Shown: piece after piece, positions 31,148 to 41,221 of the stretch
Position numbering within the stretch: the first letter of the stretch is position 1
Layout: the number at the start of each line of letters is the position of its first letter
Source of the DNA: Laspinema olomoucense D3d
GTDB taxonomy: Bacteria; Cyanobacteriota; Cyanobacteriia; Cyanobacteriales; Laspinemataceae
Length of the DNA: 64,000 nt
Direction: 5' to 3' (one strand)
Assembly (NCBI RefSeq): GCF_025370715.1
Contig: NZ_JAMXEY010000002.1
Made by a program: the position numbers and the translations under genes
Notes under the pieces: generated by a model
What the model saw: the letters and a program-made list of their open reading frames with translations, nothing else
The model's database searches: none
What the model was told of the DNA's origin: nothing

Positions 31148-32455
31148 ATGAAAATAGCTGTTGTTGGTGCAAAAGGTTTACCCGCCCTTCAAGGTGGCAT
31201 TGAGCGTTACTGCGAAGAAATGTATCCGGGAATGGTTGAGCAAGGTCATACGGTAGATTTGTTCGCTCGCCAGAGCTATACCCAAGGAGCCAAGTTTGAA
31301 ACCTATTACCATAAGGGAGTGCGTGTGATTTCCTTGCCATCCATTCCCTTAAAAGGAGTGGATGCCTTCTTTGCTTCTGGATTGGGGGCGATCGCCTCCA
31401 TCCTGAACACTTATGATGTAGTGCATTTTCACGCCCTCGGCCCTGCCATTTTTTGCTGGCTGCCCAAACTGACCCGATCGGCAAAAGTTGTAGTCACCTG
31501 TCACGGACTGGACTGGCAGCGCAGGAAGTGGGGCAAACTTTCTAGTGAGATTATCTATCGCGGGGAAAGAGCCGCCGTCAGTTTTGCTGATGAAATCGTG
31601 GTGGTTTCCAAAGAACTGCAAACTTACTTTTGGAAAACCTATGGCATCGAAACCAGCTACATTCCCACGGCTCCGGCCACCTATCACGAATCTGACCCCA
31701 CCTTACCCTATTTGACCACCTTGGGCTTAGAACCCCAGCGTTACATTTTGTTCCTAGGCCGGTTGGTTCCGGAAAAGCGTCCGGATCTCCTCCTCAAAGC
31801 CTTTACCAAACTGCAACCCCCGGGATGGAAGCTCGTCTTAGCCGGGGGAGCCAGCGATACCCCTGGCTTTCGGGAGGAGTTAGTCCAAATTAGCCAGGGA
31901 AATCCCCAGATTACCTTTACCGGGGAAATTCACGGTGAGTCTGTAGCTCAGATTGTTCGCGGTGCCGGACTGTTTGTACTCCCCTCCGATGTGGAAGGCT
32001 TGCCCCTGGTGATGCTAGAAGCCATGCGGGAAAAAATTCCCGTCCTAGCGAGTAACATCCCCCCCCATCGGCAACTGATTGGAGAGGACCGGGGATTACT
32101 GTTTGAAGCGGGCGATCTGGAATCCTGCATCCAAAGGCTCAATCAGGCCCTCTCCCAACGGGAACAACTCACCGAAATGGCTTCGCGGGCGCATGACTAC
32201 GTTAAACAGAACCATAGCTGGGATCGGATTGGCTTCGAGAATTTATCCCTGTATGCGAAGATTAGCAAGAAACTCAGAACAATGGAGCCGTTAAAGAGAG
32301 TGCCGGTAGCAAACGGAACAGAGCAACTGGCTCAGAAGCCCAAATGGAATGGAGTTGAGCTGCTCAAAGATCTGCCATTAACGAAGGTAACCGCCGAAGT
32401 GCCTCCCCTGTCTACCCGTCGTGAAGAGGGAGTGCTTGCATCACATCCGGACTGA
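31148..32455 (+). CDS. Family-1 (GT4-type) glycosyltransferase. The ORF track starts at 31070, but ATG 31148 (MKIAVVGAKGLP) is the likelier start
   Basis: N-terminus MKIAVVG...GGIERY. C-terminal motifs ILFLGRLVPEKRPD and EGLPLVMLEAMREKIPVLASN. Confidence 0.85.
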   Translation: MKIAVVGAKGLPALQGGIERYCEEMYPGMVEQGHTVDLFARQSYTQGAKFETYYHKGVRVISLPSIPLKGVDAFFASGLGAIASILNTYDVVHFHALGPAIFCWLPKLTRSAKVVVTCHGLDWQRRKWGKLSSEIIYRGERAAVSFADEIVVVSKELQTYFWKTYGIETSYIPTAPATYHESDPTLPYLTTLGLEPQRYILFLGRLVPEKRPDLLLKAFTKLQPPGWKLVLAGGASDTPGFREELVQISQGNPQITFTGEIHGESVAQIVRGAGLFVLPSDVEGLPLVMLEAMREKIPVLASNIPPHRQLIGEDRGLLFEAGDLESCIQRLNQALSQREQLTEMASRAHDYVKQNHSWDRIGFENLSLYAKISKKLRTMEPLKRVPVANGTEQLAQKPKWNGVELLKDLPLTKVTAEVPPLSTRREEGVLASHPD

Positions 32456-33016
32456 CCCCCGGAGACTGGAAGCAGGGGTAACCCTTTGGCAAGCTCATGG
32501 GGTACAGCCAGAGGATTGCCCCTCCATAACCCTCAATCACGGATATTGTAGGTAAAGTCTATAAAAATTGGGCCTTTTTATAAGGGTGGATTGGCCCAGG
32601 GACGGAAAAAACCCGACAATCTAGGGTCAAACGCCCCGGGGAGGGAACACCATCGGTAAACCCTGATTATGTCCCAGGGTTGAGTACCCCTAGGTCAGGA
32701 GATTAGACTCACTGTATGAATTTTTAATAAAGAACTAAAAAAACAAAACATAAAGCTTATAATGAGGAGGATTCAGTCCTCAAATGAACCGGGTCTATTT
32801 TGAGGTAAACTTAGTTTTTGCCCGATGATTTGTTTAAGCCTTGGCGTGAGTTTTCTGGATCAGGTTTGCTCACTACAGGAGGGGCCGGTGTCCGGGGTCA
32901 AATACTAGCAGTCAATAGAGTGTTTAATGATTAGATGGATAGGTAAAGCAGATAGAGTCACAGAGTGCCCAGCTCGACAGCAAGGTCGAGGGAAATAATT
33001 ATAATGACTCGATAGA

Positions 33017-33586
33017 ATGACTGGAAATAATGACTCGGTAAATTTGGGTGTCATGGACAAAAGCCTTACAATGTTACTGTCAGTTTTGCGGCGACGGAGT
33101 GTACCGGCATTAGCAACCTTGGTGTCGGCGATCGCCGTGGCGATCGCTTATTTAGTGTTGACCCCCCCGGTTTATGAAGTCAAAGGACGCTTGATTTTAG
33201 ATGAAAAACAGGTGAGTCTTTCCGAACTAGGCCGTAACCTTTCCCAGCTTTCCAGTCATACTCCTGGAGGATCAAGCCCCCTAGCCACTCAATCGGAACT
33301 GATTAAATCTCCGGGATGGCTCACGGCTGCCCTAGAGCGGGTCAAATTAGAACATAATCTGGAAAATGTCGAAGCGTTACCCCCCTTAACCCTATTTAAA
33401 AAAGGCTTAAAAATTAAACTAATTCCAGCAACGAATATCCTGGAACTCAGCTATCAAGATGAGGACCCGGAAATCGCGATGAATCTGGTTATGCCAGTTG
33501 GGATTGAGACGAGAAGCGATCGCCAACTTCCTTACTTGCCAGTCCGACTCTTCCCCCCCAACCCTCATCCCGTTTATTTTTCCTAG
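33017..33586 (+). pseudogene. Truncated Wzz/PCP (polysaccharide co-polymerase) N-terminal fragment, likely a gene remnant
   Basis: TM LATLVSAIAVAIAYLVL, then the Wzz N-domain signature LTPPVYEVKGRLIL...ELIKSPGWLTAALERVKLE. It stops after 189 aa with no periplasmic coiled coil or second TM. The next gene starts 13 bp downstream. Confidence 0.5.
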
Positions 33587-33598
33587 GAGACCATCCTC

Positions 33599-34564
33599 AT
33601 GCCTAAAGTATCGGTGATTATTCCCGCTTATAATTCCATGACTTATCTGCCGGAAACCCTCAATAGTCTCCTGGTTCAGACCTATTCCGATTTTGAGGCG
33701 ATTATCATTAATGATGGCAGTAGCGATCGCACGGAAGAATGGGTTTCTCAACAAACCGACCCTCGGATTAAACTGATTTCTCAAGTTAATAAAGGCTTGT
33801 CCGGAGCCCGAAATACAGGAATTGAAGCGGCAACGGGAGAATACTTAGCCTTTTTAGATGCAGATGATTTATGGCATCCTGCTAAACTTGAAAAACAGGT
33901 AGAATGTCTTGAGAAAAATCAAAATATTGGGTTAGTTTATACCTGGGTTGCCCTCATCAATGAACAGGGTATTCCTACGGGAAGACTGTTTAAAAATTCC
34001 CAGGAAGGCGATGTTTGGGAGCATCTAATCCTGCAAAATATTGTCGAGAGTGGCAGTGGAGCAATGGTGCGCCGCCAGTGTTTTGAAACCTGTGGCGTAT
34101 TCGATGTTAATTTACGCTCCTTTGTAGAAGACTGGGATATGTGGCTGAGAATTGCTTTACACTATCCCTTTAAAGCTATATCCGAACCCCTAGTTTATTA
34201 CCGGCAACATTCCCAGAGCGCTTCCCGAAATTGGGCCGCAATGGAACAGAGTTATTGCCTGGTGATTGAAAAAGCCTTTGCTGCTGCCCCTAGCCGTTAC
34301 CAATATCTTAAGGGATCCAGCTATGCCCGAGCCCATCTTTGTTTGGCGTGGAAACCCTTACAAAGCGTTCAAAAAGATTACAAAAAAGCCCTGGAGTTTG
34401 CCGCTCAAGCGGTCACCCAAGACCCTAAAGTGCGGTGGGAGCGCGAGTATCTGCGTCTGCGGATTGCGATCGCCTTAATGGCTGGACTAGGGCCGGAAAA
34501 CTACAACAAATTTTTGCGTTTCTTTCATACCCTGCGTCGTCGCGTAACGCTGCAATCAAACTAA
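33599..34564 (+). CDS. Family-2 glycosyltransferase (GT-A)
   Basis: VSVIIPAYNS...IIINDGSSD...FLDADDLW are the DxD/GT2 motifs. Confidence 0.85.
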   Translation: MPKVSVIIPAYNSMTYLPETLNSLLVQTYSDFEAIIINDGSSDRTEEWVSQQTDPRIKLISQVNKGLSGARNTGIEAATGEYLAFLDADDLWHPAKLEKQVECLEKNQNIGLVYTWVALINEQGIPTGRLFKNSQEGDVWEHLILQNIVESGSGAMVRRQCFETCGVFDVNLRSFVEDWDMWLRIALHYPFKAISEPLVYYRQHSQSASRNWAAMEQSYCLVIEKAFAAAPSRYQYLKGSSYARAHLCLAWKPLQSVQKDYKKALEFAAQAVTQDPKVRWEREYLRLRIAIALMAGLGPENYNKFLRFFHTLRRRVTLQSN

Positions 34565-34705
34565 CCCCAAATCAGGTTTTTAGGCTTTTCCATCCTGCGG
34601 TTATTTGTTTATTGTCTGGTGAAAAAAAGTTAGCTAATAACTTCTCAAAACTGCGATTTTAGGAAGTATTAATATTAATTAATCACCAGATTTTGAAAAG
34701 TAGGG

Positions 34706-35263
34706 ATGAACCAAAAAAGGCAAATTAGTTATTTAATAATCATGCTGCTGGTGGCAACTGTGACGAGCGGAACTCTCCTCTTTGCAAATAGTAACGGCTG
34801 CGGTCCCGGTAGGCCCCGACATAAAAACCAGGGGCCCTTTTCCTGCGATAGCATTTGGAATCGGCCAATTGGGTCCAAAGCTGAATATATTCCAGCCGAA
34901 ATCAGTCCATCGCCCTGGGTTTCAGCAGAAGTGAACTACTACATCCTCACCACCGATAGCGATCCCATTGTTCCATTGTTGGAGGCCCTTCAAGAGTATG
35001 GGGGTTATATTCTAGACGCTCCCGCTATTGACACCCATAATATCGCCATCGAAAACGGTATTAAAGAAGAATTTCTGACTACTTACGGATATAAATTTAG
35101 CGGCACTTCGGGGGATTTCTTCGATGATGTAAATCAGTTATTTCAAGCCCTGGCGAGCGTGCAAAATAATTCCCCCAGTAGCATCGGGGGTGGGGGAACC
35201 CCGCGTCGTCCGTTAGCCCCTCCTTTAGGGGAACCGACGGCTTGCAGGGTTTGCGGATCCTAA
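34706..35263 (+). CDS. Hypothetical signal-anchored/secreted protein
   Basis: N-terminal hydrophobic helix YLIIMLLVATVTSGTLLFA. No recognisable domain. The C-terminus is Gly/Pro-rich. Confidence 0.4.
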   Translation: MNQKRQISYLIIMLLVATVTSGTLLFANSNGCGPGRPRHKNQGPFSCDSIWNRPIGSKAEYIPAEISPSPWVSAEVNYYILTTDSDPIVPLLEALQEYGGYILDAPAIDTHNIAIENGIKEEFLTTYGYKFSGTSGDFFDDVNQLFQALASVQNNSPSSIGGGGTPRRPLAPPLGEPTACRVCGS

Positions 35264-35331
35264 ACTCTCAATGATTACTCCTCCTGGGTAATAAGCCTCA
35301 AGCCATTAGAAAATAAACTCAACTAACCATC

Positions 35332-36759
35332 GTGAATATACCATCCTCCGAACCCTTAGAATCTCATGGAAAGCCTACGATCGCCTTACTTCCTTACGCC
35401 GACTTAATTGATGACTTTTTACACAGTCTCAATATTTCTTTAGAAACCTTTTGTCAAGAATTTGTCGGAAGTTGGATGTTTGGTTATGTGGATGCCCTGA
35501 ACCGGGTGGGAGTCCGAACTATCTTATTTTGTATTTCCGCTCAAGTTGAGAAACCCTGTCGCTTTATTCACCAGCCCACCGGGACTCAAATCTGTGTCTT
35601 ACCCCCTTGGCCGATTTATAATGTTTATCGCCGGATCCGCTTAAAATTGTTGCGAGGCTATGGGGTTCAAGAGGGGGAAACCTTTAAAAATTTTCAGGAT
35701 AGCAATTCTGTGCGGAAGTCCTTCGTGAGCGTTTTGAAAAATTTGGTACAAAGCGGAGGCAGTTATCTATCTACCCCCCTGGATTTGCTGGCGAAAGAAT
35801 TACGCAAGGAGAATTGTCAAGCTATTTTATGCCAAGAGTATGAGTATGCCCGGTTTGATAGTTCGGTGTTGTTAGGAAAGTGGATGGGGTTGCCGACTTA
35901 TGCCACCTTCCAGGGGAGCGATCGCACGAAGAGTTTGATAGAAGTTCCGGGACGATATCTGGCGTTACATAGCTGTGCCGGTGTGATTGTTGCCAGCCAA
36001 ACGGAAGCGGCGCGGATTCGTCATCAGTATGGCATTTCTGCATCCAAAATTGCCCGAATTTTTAACCCTTTAAATGTCGCCGCATGGCAACGCCAAGATC
36101 AAACGGCAGCGCGAAATAGCTTGGGGATTCCGGTGAATGCTGAGGTAGTCGTCTGGCATGGACGAATAGACATACAGGACAAAGGATTAGATATTTTGTT
36201 AGAGGCGTGGCAACAAATCTGTTGCGATCGCCCGGATCGGGATTTACGCCTGCTGATCGTCGGTACGGGTACAGAGGCAGACGTTTTTCAGGAACGGATT
36301 GAAGGGATGTCACTACGGGGAATCCAGTGGTTAAACCAGTTTGTCTGCGATCGCACAGTGATTCAACGATACCTGTCTGCCGCGAATATTTATGCCTTCC
36401 CCTCCCGTCAAGAAGGCTTTCCTGTTGCTCCCATTGAGGCAATGGCTTGTAGCCTTCCCCTCGTTGCTGCGGATGCGTCAGGGATTGCGGATATTTTGGA
36501 AGGAGGGGAAGACTCCGGCGGCATAATTGTGCCTCGCGGGGATGCTGCGGCATTGGCGATCGCCCTGGGACGGTTGTTAGATGATCCCGCATGGAGTCGA
36601 GAGTTAGGCGATCGCGCTCGCCGTCGCGTAGAGCGTTGTTTTTCACCGGAAGTCATTGGCAAGCAACTCCGAGAGGCTCTTCTACCCAATGTTGTAAGCC
36701 CCCCGGCTGTTCCAGAAATCAAAGTCGGACAACCGGAGCAATCTTCTCTCTTGTTCTGA
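35332..36759 (+). CDS. Family-1 (GT4-type) glycosyltransferase
   Basis: VVWHGRIDIQDKGLD and QEGFPVAPIEAMACSLPLVAADASG. Confidence 0.85.
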   Translation: MNIPSSEPLESHGKPTIALLPYADLIDDFLHSLNISLETFCQEFVGSWMFGYVDALNRVGVRTILFCISAQVEKPCRFIHQPTGTQICVLPPWPIYNVYRRIRLKLLRGYGVQEGETFKNFQDSNSVRKSFVSVLKNLVQSGGSYLSTPLDLLAKELRKENCQAILCQEYEYARFDSSVLLGKWMGLPTYATFQGSDRTKSLIEVPGRYLALHSCAGVIVASQTEAARIRHQYGISASKIARIFNPLNVAAWQRQDQTAARNSLGIPVNAEVVVWHGRIDIQDKGLDILLEAWQQICCDRPDRDLRLLIVGTGTEADVFQERIEGMSLRGIQWLNQFVCDRTVIQRYLSAANIYAFPSRQEGFPVAPIEAMACSLPLVAADASGIADILEGGEDSGGIIVPRGDAAALAIALGRLLDDPAWSRELGDRARRRVERCFSPEVIGKQLREALLPNVVSPPAVPEIKVGQPEQSSLLF

Positions 36760-36883
36760 GGGAAACTTTCTCTACACGGCGGTGCATCCGACCGTTTAGC
36801 AGCCCTCATCCCCTTTGCCCCTTTTCCGAAGAGAAGGGGAGCCAGATTCCAAGTCCCTATTCTATCGATTGAGAGGTTAACTG

Positions 36884-37885
36884 ATGCCTAAAATTTCTGT
36901 AATTATCCCCGCCTACAATGCCGAAGCCACGATTTTAGAGACAATTGATTCAGTTTTAAAGCAAACATTTACAGACTTTGAACTGTTAGTCATTAATGAT
37001 GGATCTCAGGATAATACTCAAACCGTCGTGGAGAGCATTTCTGATTCCCGGGTCCGGGTAATCAGCTATCCTAACGGCGGAGTTTGTGTTGCCCGTAATC
37101 GGGGAATTTTCCTAGCAAAAGGAGAATTGATTGCGTTTCTGGATGCGGATGATTTATGGACATTAGATAAGTTAGAGAAACAATATACTGCCCTCCAGGA
37201 GCATCCAGAGGCAGGAGTTGCTTATAGTTGGACTTGTTTTATGGATATAACTGATAGCCAGACCCCTCCCACCTTTCTTCCTTCCTTGGAATATCAATGG
37301 ACGGGAAACGTTTATAAAAATTTATTAGTTCAGGATTTTATTCATAGTGGATCTAATACCTTAATGCGGCGAGAAGCTATCGCATCGGTGGGTGAATTTG
37401 ACCAAACCTGTGCGGGTTGTGCCGATTGGGACTATTGGCTCAGATTGGCCGCTAAATGGCCTTTTGTGGTTGTTAAAAAATGCCAAATTTTTTATCGGCG
37501 GATGCCTGGATCGATGTCATCTAAGGTTGAAGTGATGGAACGAGAAGCGTTAATTGCTATGGAGAAAGCTTATAAAGCTGCACCGCCAGAATTGCAACAT
37601 CTCAAAACGCTGACTTTCACCAATTTTCATAAATATTGTGCTGAACTTTACTTACAACGCAGTCAAGATAGGGATGCGATGGTGAAAGCCCAAAAACACG
37701 TGAAAGCTGCGATCGCCTTGCAACCCAGCCTGATTATTGGCGATCGGACTTTCCAAAAAATATTGGTCAAATTATTGATTAAAAAACTCTTGCCTAAACC
37801 CCTGGCTAATTATCTGTTTCACTCCATCCGAAAAAGCCTCTCTATCCCAGATCCCCGGTTACAGCCTGGGAATAAACCTTCATGA
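36884..37885 (+). CDS. Family-2 glycosyltransferase (GT-A)
   Basis: ISVIIPAYNAEATI...LVINDGSQD...FLDADDLW. Confidence 0.85.
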   Translation: MPKISVIIPAYNAEATILETIDSVLKQTFTDFELLVINDGSQDNTQTVVESISDSRVRVISYPNGGVCVARNRGIFLAKGELIAFLDADDLWTLDKLEKQYTALQEHPEAGVAYSWTCFMDITDSQTPPTFLPSLEYQWTGNVYKNLLVQDFIHSGSNTLMRREAIASVGEFDQTCAGCADWDYWLRLAAKWPFVVVKKCQIFYRRMPGSMSSKVEVMEREALIAMEKAYKAAPPELQHLKTLTFTNFHKYCAELYLQRSQDRDAMVKAQKHVKAAIALQPSLIIGDRTFQKILVKLLIKKLLPKPLANYLFHSIRKSLSIPDPRLQPGNKPS

Positions 37886-37956
37886 ATCGGCATTAAAATG
37901 AGATGATTTTCTAGCTGCCAACTCAGTCAAAGCGTACCCAAAGAATTAATGTTGTT

Positions 37957-39228
37957 ATGTTAACTCAGAAAATCAAGCAGATCTTTTCCGGCCAATTTAT
38001 TCAAAATGTTGGCTGGATGGGGGGTGCAGAATTATTTAATCGCATCTTTCGATTAGCGACCACGGTCACCCTGGCCCGCACCTTTACTGCCACCGAGTAC
38101 GGACTGACCGCCGTGATTTTTACGGTTGTTGAATTCGCCAATGTATTCACCCTGAGAAAGGGAATCGGGGCGAAAATTATTCAGGCACAAGAGGGGGAAC
38201 TCTTGGTAATTAGCAATACCTCTTATTGGCTGAACTGGATGTTATGCTTGGGCATTTTTGTTTTACTACTCATGTTAGCGTTTCCGATTAGCGTATTTTA
38301 CGGAAGCCCCGAACTGGTTTGGCCAATTTGTGCCTCAGCTTTAATTTACTTGATGATGCCTTTTTACCTGATTAATGGCGCATTAATTCAACGAGAAAAT
38401 CGCCTCAAAGTTACCGCCTTATGTCAGGTCTTACAATCCCTGGTTGCCAACGCCATCACTGTCATATTAGCCCTATTAGGGATGGGAGTCTGGGCCGTAG
38501 TTTGGCCCATGATTCTAACGACTCCCATCTGGATTATCGTTCTTTGGCGATATCACCCCTGGCGGCCCCCGCAAGCCTTCAGCCTACATCGATGGAAAGA
38601 AATTGTTCATTTTGGCGGAAACTTACTGGGGGTAAGTTTATTACAGCAGGTCCGGAATAATATCGATTACTTAATTATTGGCCGGGGGTTGGGAATGGAT
38701 GCCTTGGGCTTATATTATTTTGCTTTTAATGCCGGATTTGGAATTAGTCGCAATGTGATTAATGCCTTCACCACTGCCTTGTTTCCCTACTTGTGTCAAG
38801 TTAAGCATGATATCCAGCAGCTAAAAGTTAGATATTTCAGCAGCCTGAAAAAGACCTTTTCGATTATCATCCCATTTATTGCATTGCAGGCCGGTTTAGC
38901 ACCATTTTACGTCCCATTGGTATTTGGGGAAAAATGGACAGAAGGAATTCCCATCTTAATTTTGATTTGCCTTTCGGTCCTGCCTTTTTCTTTTTCTATC
39001 TTTACCAATGACCTCCTCAATACCGTCGGAAAAACTAAAATTACCCTTTACTTTAATCTGATTTATACCTGCATTTTTGGTCTGACGTTATTGATTTGCG
39101 TCCGTTGGGGAATCCTGGCGGTAGCGGCAGGTGTTCTTTTGTCTCAGTTGGTGGTTTTACCAATCTTTGGAATCTGGGCGATCGCCAAAGTCTTTAAAAA
39201 AGATTCCCTATCCGTTGCCCTCAAATAA
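37957..39228 (+). CDS. wzx: Wzx-type oligosaccharide flippase (MOP/PST family polysaccharide biosynthesis protein)
   Basis: About 12 predicted TM helices. Typical length, N-terminal region and cluster context for PST family. Confidence 0.75.
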   Translation: MLTQKIKQIFSGQFIQNVGWMGGAELFNRIFRLATTVTLARTFTATEYGLTAVIFTVVEFANVFTLRKGIGAKIIQAQEGELLVISNTSYWLNWMLCLGIFVLLLMLAFPISVFYGSPELVWPICASALIYLMMPFYLINGALIQRENRLKVTALCQVLQSLVANAITVILALLGMGVWAVVWPMILTTPIWIIVLWRYHPWRPPQAFSLHRWKEIVHFGGNLLGVSLLQQVRNNIDYLIIGRGLGMDALGLYYFAFNAGFGISRNVINAFTTALFPYLCQVKHDIQQLKVRYFSSLKKTFSIIIPFIALQAGLAPFYVPLVFGEKWTEGIPILILICLSVLPFSFSIFTNDLLNTVGKTKITLYFNLIYTCIFGLTLLICVRWGILAVAAGVLLSQLVVLPIFGIWAIAKVFKKDSLSVALK

Positions 39229-39247
39229 TCCTTACCCATATAGCACG

Positions 39248-40753
39248 ATGAAGCGCTCTTATTCTCTTTCGCCCAAGTCCCAAAAAATTGTCGGCCCAGA
39301 AGTCACTCAGAAGCTGACTATACTGGCACTTAGACATACTAAAATTCACGATGAAAATATCGTAGCCATCGTTGACCCCAAAGAACTCATTAATTATTAC
39401 CGGTTTGATTTAATGGCTAAGTATATCTATGCTAAATATCGCGAGTTGGGCATAGAGTCCGATTGGGCCTTGAAACTCTACTGTAACAATGTTAAGACCA
39501 TGAATGGATATAAAGAACCAGATGGATCAGGTAAAGAAGGAAAAACCGCATTTATTGAAGAGTTTAACCGGGTTTTAGATTCGATTAAAGAGTCCGGGTT
39601 TGATACCATAAATGGTTTGGTCCCTATGGTGAATGATTATCTGGTGGATGGCGGGCATCGCACAGTGGCTTGCCTGTTATATAATTGCGAGATAGCAGCC
39701 TTATTAACCACAGAAATTGACGAAAATAATCCTCCGATACCCCTGGATTATCGCCACTTTGAAGACCGAGGATTTAAGGGAATATTTTCCGATGCAATGG
39801 CTTTAGAATATTGTCGGTTAAAGCCCAATACTTATTTGGTTATTATAGAACCTTCATTTCTGGGCAAATATCAAGAAGTTGAAGATATTTTGAAGGCCCA
39901 GGGCCGAATTTATTATCAAAAAGATGTTTTCTTATGGAAGTCAGGAATGGCTCATTTCAAGCATCATTTGGCTCTCATCACTGGGTCACAAAAAAAGAAA
40001 CCCCCGCGTTCAGGAATTACCCGAGTTTATGTGTTTGAATCGGAAACGTTAGAGGAGGCGATCGCAGCAAAACAGAAGCTCAATGCCTTATGGGATTACA
40101 AAACTGAGTCCGTGTACCTAACCCAAACCCATGAGCAGACCCTAGAATTGGCTGAACTGTTGTTAAACGAAAACAGTATCAGGTTTTTAAATAGGACTCA
40201 ATTGAATCCCTCTTCCCGCTTTCACGAGCAATTAAGCCAGTATCGCCAAGAGTTAGAAGAAAATCAGATTGATTCGGAGTGGGTTTGTTTGAGCGATCGC
40301 CCTGTACTTGCGGCATACGGGATCCGAGATTGCGATCAGTTAGATGTTCTGCACAAAGGATTTGATCAGATTACTCAACTAGCGATCGCCTCCAGTCACA
40401 ACTCCCAACTTCCCGCCAATGGACTACAAAAAGACGATATCATTTTCAATCCAGAACATTACTTCTACTACGCCGGTTTAAAATTTGCTTCCCTAGACAC
40501 GGTAATTGCGCTCAAGCAAGCACGCAAAACCCCACAGGACCTAAAAGACCTCCAAGCGATTTCGACCTTTCTAAAGGCTCAAAAATCGAGGTACTCTCAG
40601 TTAGCTTATGCGGTCCAACTCGCCTTCAGCCCTTGGGGCATTTATTGGCTCAAAAAGCATGGAACTATCTTCTTTAAAAGGCTCGGCAGAGCATTATTCT
40701 GGCGGTCCCAAACCCTGTTGGCTAAAGTGAACCCCAAGAGTCGGATCGGGTAA
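39248..40753 (+). CDS. Hypothetical 501-aa soluble protein inside the polysaccharide cluster, with a DGxHR (ParB/Srx/DndB-like) motif. The ORF track starts at 39131, overlapping wzx; ATG 39248 is preferred
   Basis: No TM segments. Motif GLVPMVNDYLVDGGHRTVACLLYNC resembles the DG(Q/H)HR signature of the ParB-nuclease/DUF262/DndB superfamily. No glycosyltransferase, sulfotransferase or methyltransferase motifs seen. Confidence 0.55.
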   Translation: MKRSYSLSPKSQKIVGPEVTQKLTILALRHTKIHDENIVAIVDPKELINYYRFDLMAKYIYAKYRELGIESDWALKLYCNNVKTMNGYKEPDGSGKEGKTAFIEEFNRVLDSIKESGFDTINGLVPMVNDYLVDGGHRTVACLLYNCEIAALLTTEIDENNPPIPLDYRHFEDRGFKGIFSDAMALEYCRLKPNTYLVIIEPSFLGKYQEVEDILKAQGRIYYQKDVFLWKSGMAHFKHHLALITGSQKKKPPRSGITRVYVFESETLEEAIAAKQKLNALWDYKTESVYLTQTHEQTLELAELLLNENSIRFLNRTQLNPSSRFHEQLSQYRQELEENQIDSEWVCLSDRPVLAAYGIRDCDQLDVLHKGFDQITQLAIASSHNSQLPANGLQKDDIIFNPEHYFYYAGLKFASLDTVIALKQARKTPQDLKDLQAISTFLKAQKSRYSQLAYAVQLAFSPWGIYWLKKHGTIFFKRLGRALFWRSQTLLAKVNPKSRIG

Positions 40754-41221
40754 GTCTGGGTGAAAAAACCGGGTTTCTCATTTCACTCATCCGGAATCCT
40801 GGGACTAGGTTTAAAGGGGGAAAATGCCAGAGAATTCGTTTCTGGCGGGTTAAAACTCCATTTGAACCTGGGTCCTTGAGAGCATCTGTGCTTAATCGGT
40901 CAACATAGGTGGGTTTGGCCGACGGCGACGAATTAAACTCGCGATCGAGCATGGCGGAGGTAATCTGTAATTTCTGGTGCGCTCGCTAGTGCAGGGGGTT
41001 CTGGCTCCTCCCACAGAGACTTCTTGGATTTGCACTTAATTTTCCCCCGGGACTTGGAGAGAAAAAACTTTAAGAAATATTTAAAATGGATAGGCTAAAA
41101 TTTAATTAAATCCGGTTATAATCAGAGGACAGAGGGACTGATTGTAAGCGGATTGATTCTACTGGCTTCTACAGCAGCTCAAAATGCTAGGTTAACTTAA
41201 TTGAAAAATGTTTAACTCCCT

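Noticed and set aside
36062-36809. Minus-strand ORFs (194 and 133 aa) overlapping the GT4 glycosyltransferase at 35332-36759
   Set aside because: The plus-strand gene has unmistakable GT-B motifs. The antisense frames are Arg/Pro/Ser-rich with no features.
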